Origin: Eledone cirrhosa
Taxonomy: Eukaryota
NCBI GenBank assembly: GCA_964016885.1
Contig: OZ024743.1
Location: 32,984,001-33,048,000, forward strand
Reading direction: 5' to 3'
DNA length: 64,000 nt
The notes beneath the pieces are model-generated. The model was not told the DNA's origin, did not search any database, and saw only the letters and a list, made by a program, of their open reading frames with translations. Positions 13,804-24,751 of the stretch are shown here, one piece after another; within the stretch, counting starts at the first letter, position 1, and the number at the start of each line of letters is the position of its first letter. A program made the translations under genes and the position numbers.

Positions 13804-14135
13804 GGAGGTACATGGCTTAGTGATTAGAGCATTGGCCTTGCAATCGAAAGGTTGTGAGTTCAATTCTCAGACCGGGTGATGTGTTGTTTCCTTGAGCAAG
13901 ACACTTTATTTCAGATTGCTCCAGTTTACTCAGCTATAGAAATGAGATGATAGGGACTGGGGTCCCTATCATTCCACTGCAAAGTGGTCATGTAGGTGCC
14001 ACGGCAAAAAAGCACCCAGCACTCACTGTAAATGAGGTTGGTGTTAGGAAGGGCATCCAGCTGTAGAAATCAAGCCAGAATCAGTTTCCGTCCCACCCTT
14101 GCAAGCAGAGAAAAGCGGACGTAAAATGAAATGAT
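13804..14135 (+). mobile_element. SINE-B: tRNA-like head + CORE-like body + RTE-derived 3' tail
   Basis: TGGCTTAGTG..AGAGC / GAGTTCAATTC boxes; ccttgagcaagacacttta; 3' part matches the RTE 3' UTR at about 34180-34340. Confidence 0.9.
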
Positions 14136-14699
14136 ATATATAATTAAAATATTGAAGGCCATAATCAGTTGATTTAGGTTTATTCAAAATTCTGTTATAC
14201 ATATTTCACTGAGCTCTTCAGACAGCAAAACCTATAAAAACTTGAAAACATTGAAAGTTTCTCCAAAAAATCTTTAAATTTAAAAAAATCCAACAGCTTG
14301 CTCGAGAAAAAAATATTTTTTTCTTGATAAAATATCTAATTTGTCATATTAGTATAGCATTGAGGAGCTTTTCTCCTCCTTAAGTTCTCACTAGTGTTCA
14401 TTTAATACTACAGGCGGCCTCTCTTATATATGTCATTGTCTTGTTTATATATATTATAAAGCGTTTTGGGGAGGGAAGGAGGTACCTGGCAACATAGTAT
14501 CATTCAACATCACTAAATAATCGATACTAAACCTTTACATTTCCTTAAAATACTTGGTTTTAGGATCTTTGTTAACCACCCATAGGGACCACATATAAAT
14601 ATTTTATTCAAGCAAGGTTATATCACAAAATTTAGATTTGCCTTTCAGAGCCAGAAAATACTTCAGTGCTTTACAACTGTTCTAAAAAAATTGTCTCGA

Positions 14700-14965
14700 T
14701 CCCAGTGGCTCATCAGGCCAGTGCTTATTCCAGTGTCCATGGTGTTAAGTGACTGAGAGTACAAGATTCTCCCCTGGATAGGACACCAGTCCATCACAGG
14801 GTTAAACCCCACCAACTATTGCTGGTACTCATTTTCAACTGAGTATACTGGAGCAACATAAAATTAAGTATTTTGCAAGAACACAACACACAACCTAGTC
14901 CAGGAATCAAACCCATGACATTATGATCGTAAGTCCAACACCCTTACCACTAGGCCATGCATCCC
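14700..14965 (-). mobile_element. SINE with SINE-B-like head and fourth tail type
   Basis: Reverse complement: tggcctagtggtaagg head, then 'aaccctgtgatggactggtgtcctatccagggg...aagcactggcctgatgagcc'. Matches 55790-56060. Confidence 0.8.
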
Positions 14966-16559
14966 CACTGTAGATCTTATACAAACATGTTTTCTCCTTA
15001 ATGGTTCGATTTTCATACATCTGTAACAAACTAATCATCCACACTTATATTCTTGCCTGCATTATGGTTTTACTAAGTAAATATTCAGTCACCAAAATTT
15101 GTTAGCCACTTATTACAGAACTTGTAATAACATTTTTAATAAATTAATTCAAGCTTTGAATTCATCTGAAATATCAAACAACCTTTGATATTAAAAAAAT
15201 TGTCTACTTGTCATCTTTCTAATTATAATGCTGCCTGTTATTGATCTTTGTGTGAAAAGTGCTTATGGATTGTTTAATTGAATACATCAAGCAACAAATT
15301 CATTGATTTTATATATTCATATTCTGCATAATCCATTGTGGTCCTCATTCTTGTCATCACCATTTTTCACCTGATTTCCAAACTGGCATGCATTGGTGGA
15401 TCATTTCTTGCCTGAATGTTCCAATATGTGGCATTATTTTTATTGGAAGATACCATCCCTAACACCCACACTTACAGAGTGTACTGGGTCCATTTTATGT
15501 GGTATATACACACAATCCCTTGATTCCCTTGATATTTCATTCAATCTAAAAATATCTTAAAATTTCATATCATTTCTTTTAATTCAGATTTTATTGATTT
15601 TCAAGTAGATACTAGTGGGAATTCTTGTAAATTTTCTTAAATTCTTTTGTTTTTCAATCAATTATCAATGTTCTAAGAAATTGTTTATTTGCCTTGATAA
15701 AATAAAATAAAAATTAACCTATTTTAATTCTCATCAGTGTTTATGTACTCAAAAACTGTGCTATGGAAAGAAAACAATTTGTTTCTAGTTTCTTAAAATT
15801 CATCTATGTCACAGAACCATCTGTAGGCATTACTTGCTCTTTTAATTGATATGAATCTTATCTTAAAGTTCTAGATTTTGGGGGCACAGATTATTTTCAT
15901 CAACAGTTTAGCTCTGTTGATGCAAAACTATCTGAAACTGCTCTTGGTACAAAGCGAAATATTTTAAAAGTATTCATATCTAAGCCTCCCATTATAATTT
16001 TATGTAAGAAAATTTTGTCATTTTCAAACACCAGCTTAATTATGAGAACATAAGTTAGATTACTAAATCCCTCCAAATTCTTGATTATTTTCAAAATTAA
16101 TAAAAAAAATTAAAGACAGTGTATTTCAAAAGAAATATGGTAATGAATGGATTAAATCTCAAAATAAAGTTCCTGATATAATTCTAATTTCTCAATTGTA
16201 ATGAAGTTTATTGAATTAATGAAAATAGCAAATTGTTGTTTTGATTAATACTTAGAATAATGTACCATTTTTATTTATTCAGTCCTACATATATATGTGT
16301 GAGTAAGGTTGTGAGGGACCACTCCAGACATGGAAAAAGTTGAATGAGGAGCTAGCAACCACTTCTCAAAGTGATTTATTACTGAAACTGTCCATGGATG
16401 GCCTGATGTGCACTATAGCATGGAAATTAAGATCTATTAACTATTACAGCACTTTATACCCCCAATAAATACTGACCTGCCAAAAAGCTCAGATGACACC
16501 CATAATGAAGTATTGCTTTCATATCTGGAATGGTGTTGCTATTGCTCACACTGGCATTC

Positions 16560-16980
16560 TAGATCATATCCACAAAGGAGTCACTTAGTTAATTGATTAA
16601 AATCACTCAGTGATATTCTCATTCCTTAGCCCACAGAAATGCTGTCTTTTCTTTCTGTCTCTTCTATCTTAATTACAATGTTCTGTATTCCTCAGAGCAT
16701 ACTGAATGTATACCTCCTCCCTCAGGCATTTTCGACTCATCTCTTCTCATCTCATCACACGTTATGTCCAGCCTCCAAATGTTGTACACTTACCAACATG
16801 CCCAGTCCTTCCTAACCAAAACTTCAACCATCTGGAACACCATCATTGCTGATGTCTTTCCCAAAGGAGTGAAAACCTTCAATGGTTTAAATAGAACATC
16901 AACTGCATTGATCTCTTTCAGTCTCAGAGGGCCTGCGAAGGCCGTTAAAACTGCCCATTCTTCCACATATGCTAAGTAAA
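16560..16980 (+). mobile_element. Possible old CR1/L2-group LINE 3' relic
   Basis: Traces of 'SFL.KTSTIWN....DVFP....TF', typical of LINE ORF2 ends; weak. Confidence 0.4.
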
Positions 16981-17147
16981 AATAAAATGAAAAAATACCA
17001 TTTTAATTTTGATGTGTTGTTTGTAAAGGGAGATTAACTAATATTGAGAATTTATACATTTGCCAATGAAACAGTTACTATCTGATATTTCATATATGCA
17101 GAACAGTTCTACATATTCCTTGTGTTTATTGAAACAATGGAAATAAT

Positions 17148-17332
17148 TGTTTCTACTTTAGGCACAAGGCCAGCAATTACTCAGTACATTACTGGTACTT
17201 TATTTTATCAACCCCGTAATGATGAAAGGCAAAGTTAACCTCGGCGGGATTTGAACTCAGACTGTAAAGGGACGTAACTATGCTAGAAAGCATGGCGTCC
17301 AACCCTCTACCGACACTGCCAATTCACCGCCC
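17148..17332 (-). mobile_element. SINE-A with 18-bp TSD
   Basis: TSD tgaaacaatggaaataat at 17130-17147 and 17333-17350. B-box GAGTTCAAATC on the minus strand. Confidence 0.95.
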
Positions 17333-17782
17333 TGAAACAATGGAAATAATGATTTGCTAATTATTTACAGATGAAAATTTCTTGAAGTTTTTAGTAATGG
17401 TTTTTCTAATTTAAATTGAAAGGACCACAACAAGAAAATATTGTTATAATATATATTTAGAGTTTATGTATTTACAATAGAAGTCAATATTTAGCAATGC
17501 ACTAAATAAAATTATGGCTTATTAGAACACTTAATAACAAAAACAAAACTTCAATTAATGCCATGAGGAAAATTCGATCAATTATTTGGGAAGTTTTATT
17601 TATATTTTCATCTATAAGATTTAAATTTTCACTTCTAATTTCCCTTCTTGTTCATTCTCTTTATGGAAAGAGAACATTTTTAGTTAGTTAGAGATAAATA
17701 TGAAGAACTAATTAGTATTTCCTTTAAACACAAGCTTGCAAATATCTCACTTTCTATCACCTTTACATTAATCATTATTTTC

Positions 17783-17962
17783 GTGAATTGGCAGTATCGG
17801 TAGAGGGTTGGACGCCATGCTTTCTAGCATAGTTACGTCCCTTTACAGTCTGAGTTCAAATCCCGCCGAGGTTAACTTTGCCTTTCATCCTTACGGGGTC
17901 AATAAAATAAAGTACCAGTAATGTACTGGGTAGTTGCTGGCCTTGTGCCTAAAGTAGAAACA
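17783..17962 (+). mobile_element. SINE-A with 9-bp TSD
   Basis: TSD attattttc at 17774-17782 and 17963-17971. Confidence 0.95.
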
Positions 17963-18338
17963 ATTATTTTCACTTAAAAAGATATTCTTTTACTCTTTTA
18001 CTGATTTCAGTCATTAGACAGCAGCCATTACGGGGTACTGTCTTCAAGTAATTTAGTCAATCAGATCAACATCAGTATTTATTTATTTAAAGTCTAGTAG
18101 TTTTCTTAATTTACTTTATTTATCTAACCGCTGAGTTATAGAACATAAACAAGCAGTAAACATACACATATATATGATGGGCTTCTGCACCGTTTCTATC
18201 TACCAAATTTCACTCACAATAGACTGGTTAATCTAGGACTATAGGAGAAGACATACATACCCAAGATGTCATACAATGGGATGGAACATGAAATTATTTG
18301 GTTGTGAAGTGAACTCTTTAACCACATGGCCTTACTTT

Positions 18339-18774
18339 CACCTATATATTGAAATAATTGTTTCTACATTTGGCACAAGGCCAGCAAATACTCAGTACAT
18401 TACTGGTACTTTATTTTATCGACCCTGTAAGGAAGAAAGGCAAAGTTAACCTCGGTGGGATTTGAACTCAGATTGTAAAGGGCGTCTGACTCTCTACCTA
18501 TACTGCCAATCCACCTATATATTGAAATAATTGTTTCTACTTTTTGGCACAAGGCCAGCAAATTAACCAGTGCATTACTGGTACTTTATTTTATCGACCC
18601 CATAAGGATAAAAGGCAAAGTTAACCTCGGCGGGATTTGTGGTTAATTTTGCCTTTCATCCTTACGGGGTCAATAAAATAAAGTACCAGTAATGCACTGG
18701 GTAATTTGCTGGCCTTGTGCCAAAAAGTAGAAACAATTATTTCAATATATAGGTGGATTGGCAGTTGAAATAAT
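18339..18774. repeat. Rearranged SINE-A cluster containing a 125-bp-arm palindrome
   Basis: Minus-strand copy 18359-18511 between repeats of cacctatatattgaaataat, followed by inverted arms 18502-18626 and 18641-18765. Confidence 0.92.
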
Positions 18775-19422
18775 GACATCAGAAAATAGGTAGTAGCATG
18801 TGCTTATGCCATATTTGACTAAAAAGGATGTATTGACGTACATGGGACATGACCCCCACATCTTTGGTACATCAATCCTTTTTCCATTCAGAGGGCTTTT
18901 TAAAAAATCCCAACAGACTAATTTTATTTAGTCAAATATGGCATAAGCACATATTACTACCTATTTTCAAACTTCACTCGCTGTTTATAAACAAAGCCTG
19001 CTTTGTCTTTCTCTATATAATGACATTAGAAATTATAAGTACCAAATAGAGAATAATAGTCTCCTTGATGGGATGTGAAGAATATAACTATTTCCTGCTA
19101 GGCAGCCTTGTTACCAAATTATTACAGAGCCCAAGGCTCTGCAGTTAAAGTTTTGTCATTGTGTCTTGTATTCTTTTTCTAGTTTAAGTTGGTGCTTATC
19201 TTATCATTTAAATTAACCCCTTTATTACCATATTTCTATTGAAAAACATTGCCTATTGTTTTCAAATGATATTGAAAATAATCAAGATTTTGAGGAGATT
19301 TAGTTATGTAACTAATTTTATCATTATAAAACCAGTTTTTAAAATGCAACTTAACAAATGGATGTACAAAGAATTATGATGGCAGGGTTTTAGATAAATA
19401 TAAACACTTTAAAACAAACAGT

Positions 19423-19474
19423 TTATAGTGCACCTGAGCACTGTACACAATAATGTTTGTATTATTATTATTAT
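19423..19474 (+). mobile_element. Minimal 3' tail of the CR1-like LINE
   Basis: tagtgcacctgagcactgtacacaataa...(att)n matches 58594-58640. Confidence 0.8.
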
Positions 19475-19482
19475 AAAACCAG

Positions 19483-19584
19483 TACTGGTACTTTATTTTA
19501 TCGATTCATCCTTACGGGGTCGATAAAATAAAGTACCAGTAATACACTGGGTAATTGCTGGCCTTGTGCCAAAAAGTAGAAACA
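19483..19584 (+). mobile_element. 5'-truncated SINE-A with 22-bp 5' inversion and 19-bp TSD
   Basis: TSD attattattataaaaccag at 19464-19482 and 19585-19603. Confidence 0.9.
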
Positions 19585-19676
19585 ATTATTATTATAAAAC
19601 CAGAGATAGTTTCAGGCAGTTGGTATCGAAAGAGTTAAACTCTTAGCCATTAAATTAATAATTTATTCAACTTGAG

Positions 19677-19804
19677 ATCATCATCACCATTATCATCATC
19701 ATCATCATCATCATCATCTTCATCAACTTCATCTTCATCATCTTCATCATCTTCATCATCATCATCTTCATTATCATCTTCATCATCATCATCATCTTCT
19801 TCTT
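19677..19804. repeat. (CAT/CTT)n compound microsatellite
   Basis: Direct reading; explains the poly-Ser/poly-Met pseudo-ORFs. Confidence 0.97.
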
Positions 19805-20366
19805 CCAGTGGGTCCTGTCAGAAGCAAGTCTCTCCAATTGATCTGGCTGGATCCCCAAGAGAGATCAGCCAAACTCATGGTTGATATCTGACCATCTTGA
19901 TCAAGATCTACTCTTGGGGTCTCCTGGCAGTTGGTTTGGCCCATAAAATCTGTCCAGCAATTCTTTCCTGAGACATTCTAACCACATGTCCATTGTATCA
20001 GAGCTGTGATCTCTCAATTTTAAGATGTAGTGACTACCTGCAATGGCTCTCTGATCTCTGAGTTACCCACTCTGTCAAGTAACATTAGTCCAAAGACTCC
20101 TGAGAGGAACCCCATTTTAGCCACTTGTATTTGCAATTGCATTCTTACAGACTCAAGATTCATGACGATAGGAGAGGGTTGGCATAAATACTGAATTAAA
20201 GATAGTGAGTTTGGCTTTTACCCCTATCGCCCTTCTTTTTGAAGAGTGGATGCTGAAGCTGGTGCATTACTGTACCAGCTCCTGCAATTCTTGCACTTAA
20301 TTCAGCCTCCTGCCTTCCATCATTCATGAACACATCCTCAAGTTACTTGAATTTCCCCACTTGCTT

Positions 20367-20471
20367 CAAAGGAACTCCACTCACATGTAGAGTGTCCCGT
20401 ACAAAGGAACCCCACTCACATGTAGAGTGTCCTGTACAAAGGAACTCCACTCACATGTAGAGTGTCCTGTA
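20367..20471. repeat. 3 x 35-bp tandem repeat
   Basis: Unit caaaggaactccactcacatgtagagtgtcc(c/t)gta at 20367, 20402 and 20437. Confidence 0.95.
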
Positions 20472-21879
20472 AGGCTTCCTTGAGAGGATGAGTGTCTCAG
20501 TCTTCACAGCACTGATTTTTATACCTGCCTGTCTTGCAACACTTGGCAGCAAACCGATCAAATGCATGTCAGGGTTCACCTGACAAGTTAAGTAGTACCC
20601 TGTCATCCACAAATTCCAGCATCACCCCATTATCTACTCCCTGTGGATGTGTTAAATAGCAGTCAGCTGTCTCAAGCCAACACTGATAAGATTCTCTAAA
20701 TGGTCTTAATTTGTTTTTTAGTCATTACTCTAAAATTACTTACAAATTCTTCCCACATTATCAGTATAGTCAGGTTTATACAATTTCTCTTGTGTACTGT
20801 TTTATTTTTAATAGTTTAATTAATCTTAGGTATTTTAATGGCTTTATTTCCATGCTCATTATTTTTAGAGATAGCTGGTCCCAAGTTTGAAATTTATTGA
20901 AATCCTTAATTGATTATCTTTTACTGAGATTAGATAATCATCACTTGTTTAAAAAAACTGAGGCATTTACTTTAAAATTTAGTTGTTAAGGAAATTGGTT
21001 TTCTTTCTTATTGCATATCTGATGATAACCATCATAATGGTGCCAACTGAATTCTTTATATAGTCTGAAATTGTCTCCTCAATTTGGTAATTGGCTTAAA
21101 ATATACAAATCCTTCTCTCCATACTTTTACACATCTGAGTTGAACTTAATTGGAATAAAGTTACATCTATACCTATATGTTGTAGTTTGCTTGAAGAATT
21201 GTATATAATATATTACATAATGTGGAAAGTGATATAAGACTGAATAATGGAAGATAAGATGAAGGTTATGAAAAATTTAGTTACCTAGTAATTTTGTTTG
21301 GTTTTGTCTTAATATTTTGGGACTTAAAATTCCCTTCTTCATAATTTCATAATAATGACAAAATTTAAAAGATCATTATCATTCATTGTTTAATATGATG
21401 AAAATATGTTGAGAAACAATTCTGTTGTATTTGGCTGTTATCCTGTGGTTAACATTTTTTATATGAAATACAATATCAGCTCTTCAAAAACATATTTATA
21501 AAATTATATTCTCAGTTAAAATTAAGAAAAAATTAACTGGAATGACAAACAACTGATTAATTTAAGAAATCATCATCACCGTTTAGCGTCCATTTTTTCC
21601 ATGCTTGCATGGGTTAAACATGCCAGGAGGCATGTCTGGCCAGGGTTGGCCATGCTGCACCTTACTTCAATGAGGACTGTAAATTTGGCTGGGTATTTTA
21701 CAGCTGGATGCACTTCCTAACACCAACCACAAAAATGGTCATTAAAATATGTGCCTGTTGTTAAATTGAACAAAAATTTTTTTTTTTTTTCTCAAATTAG
21801 TAAATACAGTTTATTTTGCCATTGGAAATAAAATATATCTTTTAACATATAATTTATAATTATTTCTTCTTGGTTTTAG

Positions 21880-22001
21880 GAACTATTATTTGCCCTGCCA
21901 CAGATTGTTTTGTGCACTGGCGAGATCCTTGGTATGACTGTGAGTGGGGTCTCAATTTCACGTCAGCTCCGGATGCACGGAAATTTAGGGACTGTTGTTC
22001 A
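21880..22001 (+). CDS. sif: Next coding exon of the SIF-like gene, C-terminal half of WH1/EVH1 domain
   Basis: Acceptor ttcttcttggttttag|GA, donor TCA|gtaagt. 122 nt; the phase matches the previous exon (G+GA=Gly). Encodes GTIICPATDCFVHWRDPWYDCEWGLNFTSAPDARKFRDCCS, with the EVH1 hallmark F-x-x-W-x-D...WGLNF-x-S-x-x-D-A-x-x-F. Confidence 0.9.
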
Positions 22002-22282
22002 GTAAGTAAACATTTAAAACATTTTCCACAACTTTTATATCTTCACGTTTCTACAGTGCCACTTGCTTTCTCTTTTCTCCACCCCATGTATGTGCAATTT
22101 TATATGTATGCATTATGTATTCAAGTGATTTGGTTAAACATGTCAACATTCAGGACCTTCAAAGATTACACCATTATATCTAGTTTTGGTCTCCACAAAA
22201 TATTTATGAAGATCTTTTTTTGACCTACAAAATAAAAATTATATAATCTTAAAGAATTCTTATTTGAGTTGTTTACATTTTG

Positions 22283-22285
<3 letters not shown>

Positions 22286-22334
<49 letters not shown>
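22286..22334. repeat. (TA)n microsatellite
   Basis: Direct reading. Confidence 0.97.
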
Positions 22335-22337
<3 letters not shown>

Positions 22338-22633
22338 TGGTTAGAGCATTGGGTTTGCAATCGTAAGGTTGTGAGTTTGATTCTCGGACTAGGTGATGCG
22401 TTGTGTCCTTGAATAAGACACTTTATTTCACGTTGCTTCAGTTTACTCAGCTGTAGAAATGATTTGCGATCATCGCCTTTCCCTTGGACATCATCAGTGG
22501 TGTGGAGAGGTGAGGGTGGTATGCATGAGTGACTGCTGGTCTTTCACAAACAACCTTGCCCAGACTTGTGCCTCAGAAGGAAACTTTCTAGGTGCAAATC
22601 CCATGGTCATTCGGGACTGAAGAGGGTCTTTTT
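22335..22633 (+). mobile_element. SINE with SINE-B head/core but a different 3' tail
   Basis: First ~130 nt match SINE-B up to 'cagctgtagaaatga'; the unrelated tail ends in a T run. Confidence 0.8.
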
Positions 22634-23087
22634 TATATATGGTAATGAAGAAATACTCCTTAGAGGACATTTCTGACAATTTCGGATCTAAAAACTCAGT
22701 ATATAGTAAAGTTCAAAATTAAAAAAGAAAATAAAGGAAATGGATTTATTATCTGGAAGTGTTAAATGGGACAAGTGCTGTGCATTTCCAACATAAAGAA
22801 AATAGTTCACAAGATGTTGTTAGACAACTGAAGCAACATTGGAGTGTTTTGCTTTTGTCTCTTTGTATCAGTGAACAAAAAATGTTTTGTTTTGTGACGT
22901 TTCAACACCAGCTAAATAGCATGATACTGAAAATATAGATATATAAATTAATTGTTGAAGATGTTTATTGCAGGAAAATAAAACTGTTCCTTTTTCAGTA
23001 AAAGTTTTATTATTGATAATCACTACATTTCTAGGATGATAAATTAACTGGGTGGTGTTACCTAACAGAATAAATGAAACAAAAGAT

Positions 23088-23411
23088 CTGTAAGGATGAA
23101 AGGCAAAGTTAATCTCAGCGGAATTTGAACTCAGTCCATAAAGAGATGTAACTCTATGCTGGAAAGCATGGCATCCGACCCTCTACCGATACTGCCAAGT
23201 CCAATATAATTGTTTCTACTTTTGGCACAAGGCCAGTAATTATCCCAGTGCATTACTGGTACTTTCTTTTATCGACCCCATAAGGATGAAAGGCAAAGTT
23301 AACCTCGGCGGGATTTGAACTCAGAATGGCAAGGTCCGTAACTCTATGCATCAGAGCATGGTGTCCAACCTTCTACTAATACTGCCAATCCACTGCCAAG
23401 TCCAATATAAT
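23088..23411 (-). mobile_element. Two tandem SINE-A copies (partial + full)
   Basis: The full copy is flanked by the 20-bp repeat actgccaagtccaatataat (23191-23210, 23392-23411). Confidence 0.9.
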
Positions 23412-23924
23412 GGGTTATAACAAGAACTTATGACATTTGGTCACTTGCTCAACCAGTACACATCTCTAATCTTTATCAATGTCTCCAGTTACAATATTTT
23501 TTTTCTAATAGAAGATTAAGCAAGCAATGTAAACTGAAAATATAGAATTAAGGAAACTTGAGAAACAAAGAATCGATAATCCTTAAGACCTAAATCCAAA
23601 CTAAATAATTGCTAGTATTTAATTGCTATAGATAAAATGAATAATTGCAAAAGTATATGAAAATAGAATAGACTTAAAAATAGACAGAGCTCCAGATTTT
23701 ACATAGCATTAATCAAATCCCATTCACCAGAGACAAGCATTGGGTTAGACACAGCTACATACAAACTTTTTCGTTATAAATATATTGAGTATGCTGTTCT
23801 TTAGATGAATTACAGAGAATGTGGGAAAATCTTCCAATTTCGCAAAAATGCTTAGCAGAAATTATTTGTTCCTAGAAATTTACATTGTATATATGTATGA
23901 ATGTAAGCAAGCATGCATATATGT

Positions 23925-24018
23925 ATCGATGCATGCATGCGTGTACATGCATATGCATATGTGTGTGTGTGTGTGTATATATGATATATATATATACATA
24001 TGTGTGTGTGTTCATTCA

Positions 24019-24056
<38 letters not shown>

Positions 24057-24137
24057 AAGAGAGGGAGAGGGAGAGAGAGAAACAGATATATAATGTATTT
24101 ATATCTGTATATATACTTATGTATTTGTGTGTGTGTG
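23925..24137. repeat. Compound (GT)/(TA)/(GA) microsatellite
   Basis: Direct reading. Confidence 0.9.
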
Positions 24138-24640
24138 AAAATAATTTAGTTGTGTTTTCTAAACTCAATAAACAACAGCTTAAAATATATGATGAAATTT
24201 GTGTACATTATTGTTTACATGTACATATACACACTTGTGCAATCATTATTTATTTTGGTGAAAACGAAATCAATATTTTTCACATTACAAAAATCATTAT
24301 TTATTTTACTGCTTCCTTTGCAATAAAATAAGAGCCAATCTCTAAATAAATTGACAAAGCTCTTTTGTTGATGATTATACGTGGAGCATATATAGTTTCT
24401 TTTATGCATATAAACATGCAATACAAATAAGTTGCACCAGTGTGCAAGGCATATATATATATTTATATATATGTACATATATATCATCATCATCATCATC
24501 ATCATCGTTTAACGTCTATCACGCTAACATGGGTTTAGACAGGAATTGTCCCATGTAAGGCAAGATTGGTTGTCTTGCTCGTATAGGACTGTCTGGCAGG
24601 TTTTCTACGCGTGGCTGCCCTTCCTAACACCAACCACATT

Positions 24641-24684
24641 TACATACATATATATATATACATACATATATATATATATATATA

Positions 24685-24747
<63 letters not shown>
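24641..24747. repeat. (TA)n microsatellite
   Basis: Direct reading. Confidence 0.97.

Positions 24748-24751
<4 letters not shown>

Larger units (their letters stand above)
19213..19637 (+). mobile_element. MITE-A (old piggyBac-like) hosting CR1 tail and SINE-A
   Basis: Starts ttaacccctttattaccatatttc and ends gtatcgaaagagttaa; collinear with 52900-53150 once the inserts are removed. Confidence 0.7.
19677..20620 (-). mobile_element. Truncated LINE relic of a second RTE-like family with (GAT/GAA)n tail
   Basis: Minus frame GHVVRMSQERIAGQILWAKPTARRP and 'VGKFK*L'. It runs into the (CAT/CTT)n array at 19677-19804. Confidence 0.75.

Noticed and set aside
19667-19884. Poly-Ser / poly-Met ORFs
   Set aside because: Translation of a (CAT/CTT)n LINE tail.
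20367-20471. CRISPR-like array
   Set aside because: Contiguous tandem units without spacers, eukaryotic context, no cas genes.
21870-22223. 117-aa ORF as a stand-alone gene
   Set aside because: Only 21880-22001 is exon; the rest is intron read-through past a canonical gtaagt donor.
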